Of a stretch of DNA of 64,000 nucleotides, positions 47,171 to 57,024 are shown in pieces. This DNA is from Candidatus Woesearchaeota archaeon (lineage in GTDB: Archaea; Nanobdellota; Nanobdellia; Woesearchaeales; JACPJR01). Where the stretch lies: contig JACPJR010000031.1 of assembly GCA_016187565.1 (NCBI GenBank), positions 9,796 through 73,795 on the forward strand. Reading direction: 5' to 3'. The translations under genes and the position numbers were made by a program. Below the pieces are notes generated by a model. It searched no databases. It saw only the letters and a list, made by a program, of their open reading frames with translations, and was not told the DNA's origin. Position 1 is the first letter of the stretch, and the number at the start of each line of letters is the position of its first letter.

Positions 47171-49052
47171 TACCTCCGAAACTGTTCTGATCATATCATC
47201 CCAAGAAAATCAACCGCTTGTACCTTTGGGAAGAAATGATAGTGAAAAGGATCCAGAAAAAAAAGTTATTGCTTTAACCCCTCTATCTTTACAAAAATAT
47301 AATGCTATTATAGATTATAACCATGTGCGAAAAAGAGTTGATGATATTGCTGATTCTTTACTTGCCTTCTTAGAAAAGGAATATGCTGACTTACTACATG
47401 TTGAAGACATCAGTTTAAGTACGATGGTACGGTTAGCTATGCAAAACGCTTTCCTCGAAGTCGTTTTCTTCCATGAATACCTTGATAAGGTCTTGCAAAC
47501 GGAAAAACCGGTATCTATCATTCTTTACGATGATGCGTCTTCTTTTGTTGATATCATGAAAACATGGTTGTCGAGCAAAGATTTGTCAGTAACAATCATA
47601 CCTGCTCCTTCTTCACTTGTTCTTTTCTCGAAAAGAAGGAACATGAAAACCTTGGTTCATTTTCAGCTGAAAAAATCGTATATTTTAACTCTTCGACCAC
47701 TTCTTTTCAAGCTCCAGCGGTTCTATACTTGTTCTGCTCGGCTTGACACGAAAAAGGATGCAATAAGTTCTCTTGATATGCTTTTTATTACTTGTCATCC
47801 TGCTTCTTATCGTTGTCTTCTTCCAATAATTGAGGAAGCAAGGAATCAACAAAAAAAAGTACTGCTTTTGGTGCAAAATGCTAAAGTCCAATCATTGTTG
47901 CGAAAAACAACCATCCCCTTCATGCTTTTTTCTGATTTTCTTCCGAAAAATTCTCCTCAATTAATTGCACGTCTTCGTCATAACATAGAACATGCATGGA
48001 ATAATCTTCTCCAGAATGATTCATTTACCACATTAATAGTTGGATGGGGAATACCTAAATCTCAGGTACTTACCCTTTTGAAAGAGATTTTTTTCATTCG
48101 TATGGTACAAGCTGCAGAATGTGTTCTTGCTTCAAAGGAATTTATCGGCCGATATAATCCAAAGATTCTTGTTGTCGGAACTGACACGCATCTTCAAGAA
48201 AAATCTTGTATCCATTACGCAAAAAAATACAATATCCCTTCGTTGAATATCCAGCATGGGACTGTAGGTTACACTGAACTTATGCTTCCTCTCTCTGCAG
48301 ATTACATGGCAGTTTGGGATAAAGCAAACCTGGATAAGCTTGTTGCTAAAGGTGCAGATCCCAAGCGATTAGTAATCACTGGTCAGCCTCGTTATGATTC
48401 ACTCGTCCAGGGAAAGGTTATGTATGACCGCGATGAGGTATGCCGTATTTTTCACATTGATCTCAAAAAACCGTTGTTACTTATACTCACAAGTCCCTTT
48501 CCAAAAGCATTGAATACTGAATTCTTACTAGCAGCACTTGATGCAGCAATTCATCTTCCGGGTATGCAAATTCTTATTAAGGCCCATCCTGAAGAGGATG
48601 TTTCACTTCATAAAATTATCCTCCATATTTTTGCCAAGCGTTTTGCTCTTTCTAAAGATGCTGGTGAATTTCCCAACATTCCTATAATTCGCCATTTTGA
48701 TACCTTTTCTCTTCTCAAGGCTTCTGATCTCATTCTTTCTATGTATTCGAGCGTAGTTCTTGAGGCCGTTCTTCTTAACAAAGACGTCATCGTGAGTGAC
48801 CTCAGTGGTGACAAAACCGAGGATTTTGAAGAACGAGGGATTGTTCTTGTTGCTCATCAAAAAAAGGATATTGCTTCCCTCATCAACCAGTTGATAACAT
48901 CTCCTGATCGTAAACATACCTTGGCAACAAAGAGAAAAACATTTTTAAAAGAATATGCCTTTGCTGATGGAAAAGCAACTGATCGTGTTATGGATCTTAT
49001 GCAAAAAATGGTTCAACACCGTACCCATACTATGGATACATCCCTTTTGTAG
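47136..49052 (+). CDS. GT-B fold transferase, TagF/KpsS-like (CDP-glycerol glycerophosphotransferase / capsule Kdo-type transferase family); candidate nonulosonate transferase
   Basis: C-terminal half has ILVVGTDTHL...NIQHGTVGY...ITGQPRYD...LLLILTSPFPK...IKAHPEE...ASDLILSMYSSVVLEA, which resembles the TagF/KpsS catalytic domain layout (HP motif). The likely start is Met8 or Met10 (47157-47163). Confidence 0.45.
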   Translation: MLDLSKKMTMPNTSETVLIISSQENQPLVPLGRNDSEKDPEKKVIALTPLSLQKYNAIIDYNHVRKRVDDIADSLLAFLEKEYADLLHVEDISLSTMVRLAMQNAFLEVVFFHEYLDKVLQTEKPVSIILYDDASSFVDIMKTWLSSKDLSVTIIPAPSSLVLFSKRRNMKTLVHFQLKKSYILTLRPLLFKLQRFYTCSARLDTKKDAISSLDMLFITCHPASYRCLLPIIEEARNQQKKVLLLVQNAKVQSLLRKTTIPFMLFSDFLPKNSPQLIARLRHNIEHAWNNLLQNDSFTTLIVGWGIPKSQVLTLLKEIFFIRMVQAAECVLASKEFIGRYNPKILVVGTDTHLQEKSCIHYAKKYNIPSLNIQHGTVGYTELMLPLSADYMAVWDKANLDKLVAKGADPKRLVITGQPRYDSLVQGKVMYDRDEVCRIFHIDLKKPLLLILTSPFPKALNTEFLLAALDAAIHLPGMQILIKAHPEEDVSLHKIILHIFAKRFALSKDAGEFPNIPIIRHFDTFSLLKASDLILSMYSSVVLEAVLLNKDVIVSDLSGDKTEDFEERGIVLVAHQKKDIASLINQLITSPDRKHTLATKRKTFLKEYAFADGKATDRVMDLMQKMVQHRTHTMDTSLL

Positions 49053-49061
49053 TTATTTTCT

Positions 49062-49679
49062 GTGGAGGACAGAACTATGAATGATCTACTCTATTTTATC
49101 TACCGAGCGTTTCGTCATATATCATTTCGGCTGCGAGCATTTTACTTCTCACTCCTTGTAAAAAAAATGGGAACTAGAGTAAAAATTGGTCCCGGATTTC
49201 AAACAAATGATCCTCACCATATTATCATAGGAGATCATGTCTATATTGATGCGTACTGTAATGTCATGGCTGTTGCTTCGTGGAAAGGAGAAAAATATAA
49301 CCCTTTATTAGAAATAGGGCATCATACGACCATCGGAAGATTTGCTCATATTACCTGTGTCAACAAGGTACGTATTGGCAGTAATGTTATGTTTGCTGAG
49401 CGTGTGTTTATAGGTGATCACGACCATGCCTATAAAGAGATTCATCAACCCATTCTTCATCAACCCTTGAGTAGAGATGGTGTTACTGAAATCGGCGATG
49501 GTTGTTGGTTAGGTGTAGGTTGTGTTATTCTTAAGGATGTGCATATTGGCAAGCATTGTGTTATTGGATCTAACAGCGTTGTTACAAAGGATATTCCTGC
49601 GTATTCAGTAGCAGTTGGCATTCCTGCTCGGGTTATACAGCAATACGATCACGCCACAGGAACATGGATACACGTTTAG
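49062..49679 (+). CDS. Hexapeptide-repeat (left-handed beta-helix) sugar acetyltransferase
   Basis: Tandem hexapeptide repeats: IGDGCWLGVGCVILKDVHIGKHCVIGSNSVVTKDIPAYSVAVGIPARVI. Confidence 0.8.
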   Translation: MEDRTMNDLLYFIYRAFRHISFRLRAFYFSLLVKKMGTRVKIGPGFQTNDPHHIIIGDHVYIDAYCNVMAVASWKGEKYNPLLEIGHHTTIGRFAHITCVNKVRIGSNVMFAERVFIGDHDHAYKEIHQPILHQPLSRDGVTEIGDGCWLGVGCVILKDVHIGKHCVIGSNSVVTKDIPAYSVAVGIPARVIQQYDHATGTWIHV

Positions 49680-49692
49680 GTGATAGGACACT

Positions 49693-51096
49693 ATGAAATT
49701 ATTAGGGAAGAAACCTTTTGTTCTAAAATCGTGGATTATAACCCTTACCATTGCAGTCTTGGGCATTATTTTTGGAATACTTAGTGCACTGGTTCCTTTT
49801 CGTTATCTGTTGCTTGGTTGTATAGGCATGGTTCTCTTCATAGCTCTTCTTAGAATTCTTACTAAAGGACCTACGCCTTTACTTCTGTCTCTTGTTATTT
49901 TTATTCCCTTGCTTCCTAAAATACCTCTTTTCGGTGTTCCTGGCTCTCCTGTTGGTATTCGTCTTGATGACATACTTTTGCTTGTTCTAGTTAGTGCCTG
50001 GCTAGTCTATCTTATCGTAAACAAACAGGAAATCCCTGTTACACCCCTTCATATCCCTATCTTTGTTTTTCTGAGTATTTCATTGATCTCCACGCTAATT
50101 GGTGTTTTGAATAATGAGCTCCAACCATTAGTAGCCTTTTTTTACTTTGCTCGAAAAATAGAATATCTTTTTGCCTTTTTTATCGCTATAAGCACACTTA
50201 AACGATCTTCCTTCCCGCTGGTTATGAGAACGATTATTCTTGTTTCTTGGGTAGTCGCAATCTTTGGGATTCTGCAATTGCTGGATATAACTGGTCCTCT
50301 TTACCAGTACACCCAAGCAGGTACTGAATATGGTCCAGAATTCTATAAATATGAACTCGTGAGTACCTTTGCAGGGAATTATGATCTTGCTGCGTATTTT
50401 TTATTGATCATTCCCCTTATTCTCTGCCTATTGTTTGCCGAACATCACGATCGGTATCTACCAAGATGGCTTTTGTTTATTATTCTCCTTTCTGATCTTT
50501 TTATTTTTATTGCAGCAGAGGCAAGAACACCACTTGTTGCCATGATTGTTGTTATTATGCTTTTTGTTATTATTCGTGAAAGTCGTTTATTTTATTATCT
50601 TATTCCACTGCTTTTTGTTTTTCCTTTTCTCTTGGATAAACAGCAACAAAAAAAGATTCTTGATGCTATTGCAACATTAAAAGGAGGCGGTTCAGAGATT
50701 TTAGATGCGAGCTTAGGACTTCGATTTACGGTTCAATGGCCACGGGCATTAGAAGCTTTTCGAAAAAATCCAGTTTTTGGTTCAGGTTTATCTTCAGTAG
50801 GCACGGCTGTTGACGGGAATTACTTTAGGATACTCGCTGAAACTGGCATTCTAGGGATTCTTGCTTTTTTTTGGATAATTTTTGCTTTTATTCGGGTTGG
50901 CATGCATATCTTTACCAACAAAAAAATAAATCCACTCCTACAAACAACTGCGCTCGGAATCTTCTTAGGAATTATTGGCATTTTGGTTGATGCCACATTC
51001 ATCGATATTCTTGAATCCTCAAAAATAGCCATGTATTTCTGGCTTTTCGTAGGTATTCTCATGTGGCTGCATAATGAAGCCCATGAACTAAGTTAA
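49693..51096 (+). CDS. O-antigen ligase/polymerase-like membrane protein (Wzy_C domain)
   Basis: ~11 TM helices and the Wzy_C signature FGSGLSSVGTAVDGNYFRILAETGILG in a late loop. Confidence 0.65.
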   Translation: MKLLGKKPFVLKSWIITLTIAVLGIIFGILSALVPFRYLLLGCIGMVLFIALLRILTKGPTPLLLSLVIFIPLLPKIPLFGVPGSPVGIRLDDILLLVLVSAWLVYLIVNKQEIPVTPLHIPIFVFLSISLISTLIGVLNNELQPLVAFFYFARKIEYLFAFFIAISTLKRSSFPLVMRTIILVSWVVAIFGILQLLDITGPLYQYTQAGTEYGPEFYKYELVSTFAGNYDLAAYFLLIIPLILCLLFAEHHDRYLPRWLLFIILLSDLFIFIAAEARTPLVAMIVVIMLFVIIRESRLFYYLIPLLFVFPFLLDKQQQKKILDAIATLKGGGSEILDASLGLRFTVQWPRALEAFRKNPVFGSGLSSVGTAVDGNYFRILAETGILGILAFFWIIFAFIRVGMHIFTNKKINPLLQTTALGIFLGIIGILVDATFIDILESSKIAMYFWLFVGILMWLHNEAHELS

Positions 51097-51111
51097 ATAA
51101 ATCTCTGTTCG

Positions 51112-53163
51112 TTAGATTACTTCACCGTCTGACGTATAAAACAAGACTTCGCCTAAAGCGACGTAGTATACTCCTGGCAAGTTAGGATTGAATAGCCTAA
51201 CTTGGATCATATTTGCTTGAATTGGTGTCGAAAGGTTATGAGTTGTTTTTATTAACTTTGTTGATAAGGGAATCTTTTGGTATGGAATAATTTCAACAAG
51301 TTCACCATTTGATGCATAGTAAGAAATGCTGTAATCTGCCCATGAATTAGGTGATTTGAGAACATCTTCAGCAAAGGCTGTTTTTTGGTAGTTTTGAACT
51401 ACATCTATCCTGTTGATAACTATTTCTTTGGTAAATGTAAAATTAACAGAGCAAATGTTCTTTGTATTACATCTCTCAGGGTTATCAGTTACCTCAGCAA
51501 TTATATATCTATTATCTGCCACTTTCCCATCAATAAGGGATTCTATCTTATATACTTCGGAGATACTTTCGTTTTTATTTGAACTGACTTTAATCGGTTG
51601 AGTGTATCCCCTTCGATTCGACAAATTTATGATTACAAAATGATCTGGAACCTTATAAAGTACTATGTCATAGGATGCATTTAAAAGCCCTTTTGAAAGA
51701 GAATTATTCTCAAATAAAAAAGAACTTTCTAAACGAACAACGTATTTTGCTCCTCTTTCTTTAGCATATTCAATAAACTCAAAGGTCATACCTTCAGGTG
51801 GAATGCGCCACCCTTGTATGTTGGCGTAATACATGTACGAAGGATTGATCATATCGGTAACAACAAGCTCATTGTCAGGAATAATCTGATCTATTTTTGA
51901 GAACATCTCGAAGGTAATGGGATCATATCTATGGGGTATTGGGCTATGCAATAAGATCATGATTGAAGAATACAGTAGGATCCCAGTTACCACTCCATAC
52001 CTGATGAAATTTCGTTCTTTACTTCCACGAAGAAACTGAAGCTCGGTTATCCTACTAAGGCTCCTTGCAGCAAAGATGGACATCGGTATCACCACTGGTA
52101 GGATATAGTAATGGTGGATAAAGGTTCGTTTTGCTGCAAAAATTAAGAAGACAGAAATGCCTAAAAAAAGGAAATGAGTGAAGTATCCTGAATGATTCTT
52201 TGGTTTCACAAATATTCCGAGTAATGCTAAAATTCCCCCAAGTAATCCAAGTGCAAAAAAGACTCTCCGTATAAACACTGTCTTGTACCATCCAATCTCT
52301 TTGTACAAGGGATATACCATAGGGCCCCACATAGGATCCTCGTCAGGGGTTTGTTGCATTTTAAAATCAAATAATTCAAAAGACAGACCCGTCTTTTCAT
52401 AAAGAGAAACAGTGTGTATGTAATACCAGTAATAAAAAGGAGTTAGGACAAGTATAAGAAAAAGCCATAATTTCCACCGAGTGAATATTCGAAGCCTATA
52501 TTTAACAACACCTAAAAAAAGTAGAGAAAATGGTAAATATAATACTACAGGCATTTTAACTAAAAACGCAAAAGCAGTTGTGGTTGTTGCAAGCACAAAA
52601 TACAGCCATGAATTTTCTTTATCTAACCATTTGGAAAAAAAATAAAGAGAAGCTAAAGAAAAAAAAGTTACCATGGATTCTGGCTGTAAATTTCTGCTCA
52701 TATGAACAAAGACTGGAGCAATTGCAAGAAAGAACATAGCAAACAATGCTGTTTTTTTGTTTTCGTAATGCTTAACAAGATGGTACATGATAATCAATGA
52801 ACTAATAGATAATAGTAGAGATGTAATCCTCCCTATGATGATGTGAACACCAAATATGGGATAAAAGAGCGCAATAACATAGGAATAAAGTGGGAATTCA
52901 CTCTGAACATATCCGGGTGTGTCTGCTCGCCAATCAACTTGGGGATAGAAAATGTTGTAGCCATTAAGATAAAAGTTCTTTGCAATTGCTGCAACATCTC
53001 CTTCTCTCCACGCATAATCTCCCACAAGAGGTAAATCAAGGTACTGGATCCGTAAATAGATTCCAAAGGCAAGAATCAAGACAAAAATGAGCGAAGTCTT
53101 ATTAAAGAAATCTAAGTGCTTTTTAGTAAAAAAATGATTAAATGGTTTTAGTCTTCTTGTCAA
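51112..53163 (-). CDS. GT-C membrane glycosyltransferase, ArnT/PMT-like (GT39/GT83-type) with C-terminal extracytoplasmic beta-rich domain
   Basis: N-terminal ~420 aa with 11+ TM helices and acidic-loop motifs (DLPLVGDYAWREGD), then a ~250-aa soluble domain. This architecture suggests a polyprenyl-phosphate-sugar-dependent transferase. Confidence 0.6.
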   Translation of the reverse strand: MTRRLKPFNHFFTKKHLDFFNKTSLIFVLILAFGIYLRIQYLDLPLVGDYAWREGDVAAIAKNFYLNGYNIFYPQVDWRADTPGYVQSEFPLYSYVIALFYPIFGVHIIIGRITSLLLSISSLIIMYHLVKHYENKKTALFAMFFLAIAPVFVHMSRNLQPESMVTFFSLASLYFFSKWLDKENSWLYFVLATTTTAFAFLVKMPVVLYLPFSLLFLGVVKYRLRIFTRWKLWLFLILVLTPFYYWYYIHTVSLYEKTGLSFELFDFKMQQTPDEDPMWGPMVYPLYKEIGWYKTVFIRRVFFALGLLGGILALLGIFVKPKNHSGYFTHFLFLGISVFLIFAAKRTFIHHYYILPVVIPMSIFAARSLSRITELQFLRGSKERNFIRYGVVTGILLYSSIMILLHSPIPHRYDPITFEMFSKIDQIIPDNELVVTDMINPSYMYYANIQGWRIPPEGMTFEFIEYAKERGAKYVVRLESSFLFENNSLSKGLLNASYDIVLYKVPDHFVIINLSNRRGYTQPIKVSSNKNESISEVYKIESLIDGKVADNRYIIAEVTDNPERCNTKNICSVNFTFTKEIVINRIDVVQNYQKTAFAEDVLKSPNSWADYSISYYASNGELVEIIPYQKIPLSTKLIKTTHNLSTPIQANMIQVRLFNPNLPGVYYVALGEVLFYTSDGEVI

Positions 53164-53257
53164 TGATGATTCCCCTCAACCCACATCCTTTTTTCACGGT
53201 TACTGTTTTAGAGTTCTTTGCAACTATTTAAACTATTCTATGTGTGAGATTTATTTT

Positions 53258-53725
53258 TTAGAAAAGTATTGTTGAGATCCAAAAGACCATAAGGCCGAGT
53301 AGAATTCCACCAATAATGTCAATCCAATCATGCTTCTTAAGGTAGATTCTTGAATACACTACTAAAATCATGAGGATGAAGAACCAAGCAGTAATAAAAC
53401 TGTTACTGAAGAAATTAATAAACACTAAGGAATAGAAAACAACCCTCGTTGCATGAAGACTTGGAAAGGATGACGCGTCAATTCTCTCCAAAAAGCCTGA
53501 ATAGTGTTGTTTGTTTGGTCTGTCCTTAAAATAAAAGGTTCGGATAAGAACCACGAAACCTGTAGTTGCAATAAATCCTAACAGGAGTTGGTAAAAAAGT
53601 TCTAACTCACCAATTCCTAAAACAAAAAGCATCATAATCCCATAGAAAAAAGAGCCGCCAAGGGTGGTAATGTCTCTAAAGAGTGATTGAATTAGCTCTT
53701 TGAACTGGTTTCTCATTACAACCAT
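53258..53725 (-). CDS. PAP2-family (phospho)lipid phosphatase
   Basis: PAP2 motifs KDRP (KxxxxxxRP), SFPSLHA (PSGH) and SRIYLKKHDWIDIIGG (SRxxxxxHxxxD). Confidence 0.7.
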   Translation of the reverse strand: MVVMRNQFKELIQSLFRDITTLGGSFFYGIMMLFVLGIGELELFYQLLLGFIATTGFVVLIRTFYFKDRPNKQHYSGFLERIDASSFPSLHATRVVFYSLVFINFFSNSFITAWFFILMILVVYSRIYLKKHDWIDIIGGILLGLMVFWISTILF

Positions 53726-53780
53726 ACAAGTAAGTATATATCGACAACTTTATAAATTTATCATCATTTCTTACTACGAC

Positions 53781-54827
53781 ATGAAATCAAAGACTTTTTT
53801 GGTAACTGGCGGTGCCGGCTTCTTGGGGATTAATCTTGTTCGCTTTTTGATTCAGAAAGGTCATATGGTTATTTCTGTTGATATCCAACCCTTTGATTAC
53901 CCTGATATGATACGGAAAGTCGAGGTTGTCAATGGAGATATTCGAAACCTTAGCATGCTTAAAAAGGCAATGAAAGGGGTTGATGTAGTGATACACACTG
54001 CAGCTGCCCTCCCTTTATATACAAAAAAAGAAATCTTCTCTACCGATGTTAAAGGTACTAAAAATGTTCTTGATGCTGCGAAAGAAAATAATGTTAAGCG
54101 GGTTATTCACATCTCAAGTACTGCAGTCTATGGCATCCCTGACCATCATCCGTTGTATGAAGATGATACATTAGATGGAGTTGGGAATTACGGCAAAGCA
54201 AAGATACTTGCCGAAAAAATATGTCTTGGATATAGAGAACAGGGAATGTGTGTGCCTATTTTACGACCCAAATCATTTATTGGACCAGAACGACTGGGAG
54301 TTTTTGCGATTTATTATGACTGGATAAAAAGCGGAAAAAGTGTTCCGATTGTTGGTTCTGGAAAAAATCGTTACCAATTGCTTGATGTAGAAGATCTGTG
54401 CGAAGCAATATACCTTTGTGCAATCAAGCCAAGACAAATAGTAAATGATACTTTTAACATTGGCGCAAAAGAATACACTACTATGAAGGAAGATTTTGGC
54501 GCTGTTCTTAAATATGCGGGATATGGCAAAAAGATTGTTCCAGTACCTGCGAAGCCCCTTATTTGGACATTGAGGTTCTTAGAGTTCTTGCATCTTTCTC
54601 CATTGTACAAATGGGTTTATGAGACTGCTCCAGAAGATTCATTTGTTTCTATTGAGAAAGCAGAAAAAGTTCTTGGTTTTGTACCAAAGTATTCCAATAA
54701 GCAAGCATTGATTCGAAATTATGAGTGGTACTTGAAGAACTATAGTGAGTACCAGAACAGAACAGGAGTTACTCATAGGGTTCCTTGGAAGCAGGGGATT
54801 TTAGGAGTAATAAAGCATTTTTTTTGA
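53781..54827 (+). CDS. NAD-dependent epimerase/dehydratase (extended SDR)
   Basis: TFLVTGGAGFLGINLV and YGKAKILAE (YxxxK). The track ORF begins at 53700 and overlaps the PAP2 gene on the opposite strand. The Met at ~53781 (MKSKTFLVTG) is the likely start. Confidence 0.8.
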   Translation: MKSKTFLVTGGAGFLGINLVRFLIQKGHMVISVDIQPFDYPDMIRKVEVVNGDIRNLSMLKKAMKGVDVVIHTAAALPLYTKKEIFSTDVKGTKNVLDAAKENNVKRVIHISSTAVYGIPDHHPLYEDDTLDGVGNYGKAKILAEKICLGYREQGMCVPILRPKSFIGPERLGVFAIYYDWIKSGKSVPIVGSGKNRYQLLDVEDLCEAIYLCAIKPRQIVNDTFNIGAKEYTTMKEDFGAVLKYAGYGKKIVPVPAKPLIWTLRFLEFLHLSPLYKWVYETAPEDSFVSIEKAEKVLGFVPKYSNKQALIRNYEWYLKNYSEYQNRTGVTHRVPWKQGILGVIKHFF

Positions 54828-54847
54828 ATCTTCTCGTTTTATCCCCC

Positions 54848-55717
54848 TCAGTTAAAAAGTCCTGAATACATGATAACGAGAGTTAAGAGAGTCCATAAGG
54901 CAATTCCAATAACCATCTCTTTGTCAGTAATTACTTTTTCTGGATGTCTGGCGATAATCGATCCGCTATGAATAAGGTAGAAGTAGCGAAAAATAACAAA
55001 AAGTGCAAGAGGAAGGGTGTAAATTAGTTTTGTATAGTTGCTTAAAAAAGAGTATAAAGCATAGGAGATGACTAATAAAGCAGTTGAAATGTTCATAAGC
55101 GCGTTGGTTAATCCAAGGCTGTAGCTATCTAACACTTTTCTTGTTTCCACTGCCTTCTCTTTGAGAAAGAGTACCTCACCATGACGTTTTCCTATCGACA
55201 TAAATAAGGACAAGAAAAATGGACAAAGGATTAGCCAAGGAGATACCGTAACGTTAATAGCAAAAGCTCCCAAAAGAGCACGGGTCACAAAAAGCGTAGC
55301 AATAGTCAAGATGTCAGCACAAAGAATATGCTTTAGGAAAAAGGTATATATTTGAGAAAACAGAAAAAACAGAACTAGGCCTACAAAAAACAGAGAACCG
55401 AGCAAGAAACCTAAGTAAAACCCAAAACCAAGGAGTGCAACTGCTATTACTATTGCAGTACTTACCTTCATTCTCCCACTAGGAAGTGACCTTAATTTTT
55501 TCTCAGGATGGAGACGATCTTTTTCTACGTCAACAAGATCATTAATGATATAGTTTGATGAAGAGATAAACGAAAGAGATAAGAAGGCGAGGAGCGTTAA
55601 GAAAAGCGAATGAAGATCGAATAATTGTCCTATAAAGAACAGTGCTAAGAAAACAACTAAATTCTTGTACCACTGTCGTACTCTTATAAGATCAACATAA
55701 ACAGAGAGTTTTGTCAT
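54848..55717 (-). CDS. UbiA-family prenyl-phosphate phosphoribosyltransferase-like (DPPR synthase / Rv3806c-like)
   Basis: LIRVRQWYKNLVVFLALFF and NDLVDVEKDRLHPEKKLRSLPSGRM match the decaprenyl-phosphate 5-phosphoribosyltransferase subgroup (RPRQWVKN...; NDxxDxExDRxHPxKxxRPLxSG). They do not match DGGGP synthase. 8-9 TM helices. Confidence 0.65.
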   Translation of the reverse strand: MTKLSVYVDLIRVRQWYKNLVVFLALFFIGQLFDLHSLFLTLLAFLSLSFISSSNYIINDLVDVEKDRLHPEKKLRSLPSGRMKVSTAIVIAVALLGFGFYLGFLLGSLFFVGLVLFFLFSQIYTFFLKHILCADILTIATLFVTRALLGAFAINVTVSPWLILCPFFLSLFMSIGKRHGEVLFLKEKAVETRKVLDSYSLGLTNALMNISTALLVISYALYSFLSNYTKLIYTLPLALFVIFRYFYLIHSGSIIARHPEKVITDKEMVIGIALWTLLTLVIMYSGLFN

Positions 55718-55843
55718 TTGATTTGTTAGGAGGAGATCATAACCGAGTGCATCTTTATATTAGGCTTTAGACTGAGTGGTTTAGCTTCTGGATATAAAAA
55801 ATGTTCGAAAAAATACTTCATCCCACATTAATCCGCTTAATAA

Positions 55844-55856
55844 AAACATTTATATA
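55844..55856 (+). promoter_or_regulatory. BRE/TATA promoter (AAAACATTTATATA) upstream of epimerase gene at 55911
   Basis: The same motif recurs at 9818-9834 and 16824-16840. It sits ~55 nt before the ATG. Confidence 0.45.
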
Positions 55857-55910
55857 GGTTGTTTTTTACCCTGCTTAGGGTTAGTATGTCAACTGTTCTA
55901 GGATGATCGC

Positions 55911-56918
55911 ATGAAACAACGAATTTTTATTACTGGCGTCGCAGGATTTCTCGGAAGTCATCTCGCTGATACCATGATTGCAAAAGGTCATCATGTTATT
56001 GGTTGTGATAGCTTAATTGGTGGCTATCTGGATAATGTGCCAAGTCAGGTTGAATTCTATCAATATGATTGCAATTATCTCAATTCGATGAAAAAGATTA
56101 TGAAGGATGTTGATATAGTTTACCATTGTGCAGCAACAGCCTATGAAGGGTTAAGCGTTTTCTCTCCGTATCTAGTAACTAAAAATGTGTATCAGTGTAC
56201 AGCCTCTGTTGTTTCTGCAGCAGTTGCAACGAATGTTAAACGTTTTGTTCTTTGCTCAAGTATGGCACGATATGGGGAGAATAAGGTTCCTTTTACTGAG
56301 GATATGGAACCAAAACCTCAAGATCCTTATGGTATTGGAAAATATGCTTCAGAATTATTGGTTAGAAACGTTGCCCAAACCCACAACATGGAATATGTTA
56401 TTGCAGTTCCTCACAATATCATAGGGCCACGGCAAAAATATGATGATCCTTATCGAAATGTTGCTTCGATTATGATTAATATGATGCTCCAGGGAAGACA
56501 GCCTATTATCTATGGAGATGGCGAACAAAAACGCTGCTTTTCATTTGTTCAGGATTGCATTCAATGTTTAGAAAAATTAGCTTTTGAGAAGAATATTTCT
56601 GGAGAAATTATAAATATTGGTCCAGATGAAGAAGTTATCACTATTAATGAGCTTGCAAAGATTATTGCTGAACTTCTTAATTTTAAATTACATCCCATGT
56701 ACATGCCTGATCGGCCACAGGAAGTAAAACTTGCAACCTGTTCTGCAAATAAAGCAAGAAAGCTCCTTGGTTATCAAACAAAATATGCCCTTAGGCAAGG
56801 ACTTCAAGAGATGATTATGTATATTAAAGGACGAGGCCCCAAGCCTTTTAAGTACCATCTTGATCTTGAAATTGTTAATGAACGTACACCGAAAACATGG
56901 AAAGATAGAATGTTCTGA
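55911..56918 (+). CDS. NAD-dependent epimerase/dehydratase (extended SDR, nucleotide-sugar modifying)
   Basis: IFITGVAGFLGSHLAD and YGIGKYASE (YxxxK). 335 aa. Confidence 0.85.
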   Translation: MKQRIFITGVAGFLGSHLADTMIAKGHHVIGCDSLIGGYLDNVPSQVEFYQYDCNYLNSMKKIMKDVDIVYHCAATAYEGLSVFSPYLVTKNVYQCTASVVSAAVATNVKRFVLCSSMARYGENKVPFTEDMEPKPQDPYGIGKYASELLVRNVAQTHNMEYVIAVPHNIIGPRQKYDDPYRNVASIMINMMLQGRQPIIYGDGEQKRCFSFVQDCIQCLEKLAFEKNISGEIINIGPDEEVITINELAKIIAELLNFKLHPMYMPDRPQEVKLATCSANKARKLLGYQTKYALRQGLQEMIMYIKGRGPKPFKYHLDLEIVNERTPKTWKDRMF

Positions 56919-56939
56919 CTTTACTTCATTTCAGCGTGA

Positions 56940-56968
56940 TCGTTTTATTGCTTTATTGTTTTATTGAT
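56940..56968 (+). terminator. T-rich tract downstream of epimerase gene
   Basis: cgttttattgctttattgttttattga. Confidence 0.3.
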
Positions 56969-57024
56969 CATCTACCAGCCACTTATCGATGTAATTTATA
57001 TACTTCTTATCCACTTTTCATAGC

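Noticed and set aside
54848-55717. UbiA-family gene as DGGGP synthase (archaeal core lipid synthesis)
   Set aside because: The N-terminal RVRQWYKN and the long NDLVDVEKDRLHPEKKLRSLPSG block match the DPPR-synthase subgroup. Its divergent neighbourhood (PAP2, epimerase, GT-C) matches glycan rather than lipid-core biosynthesis. This needs phylogenetic confirmation.
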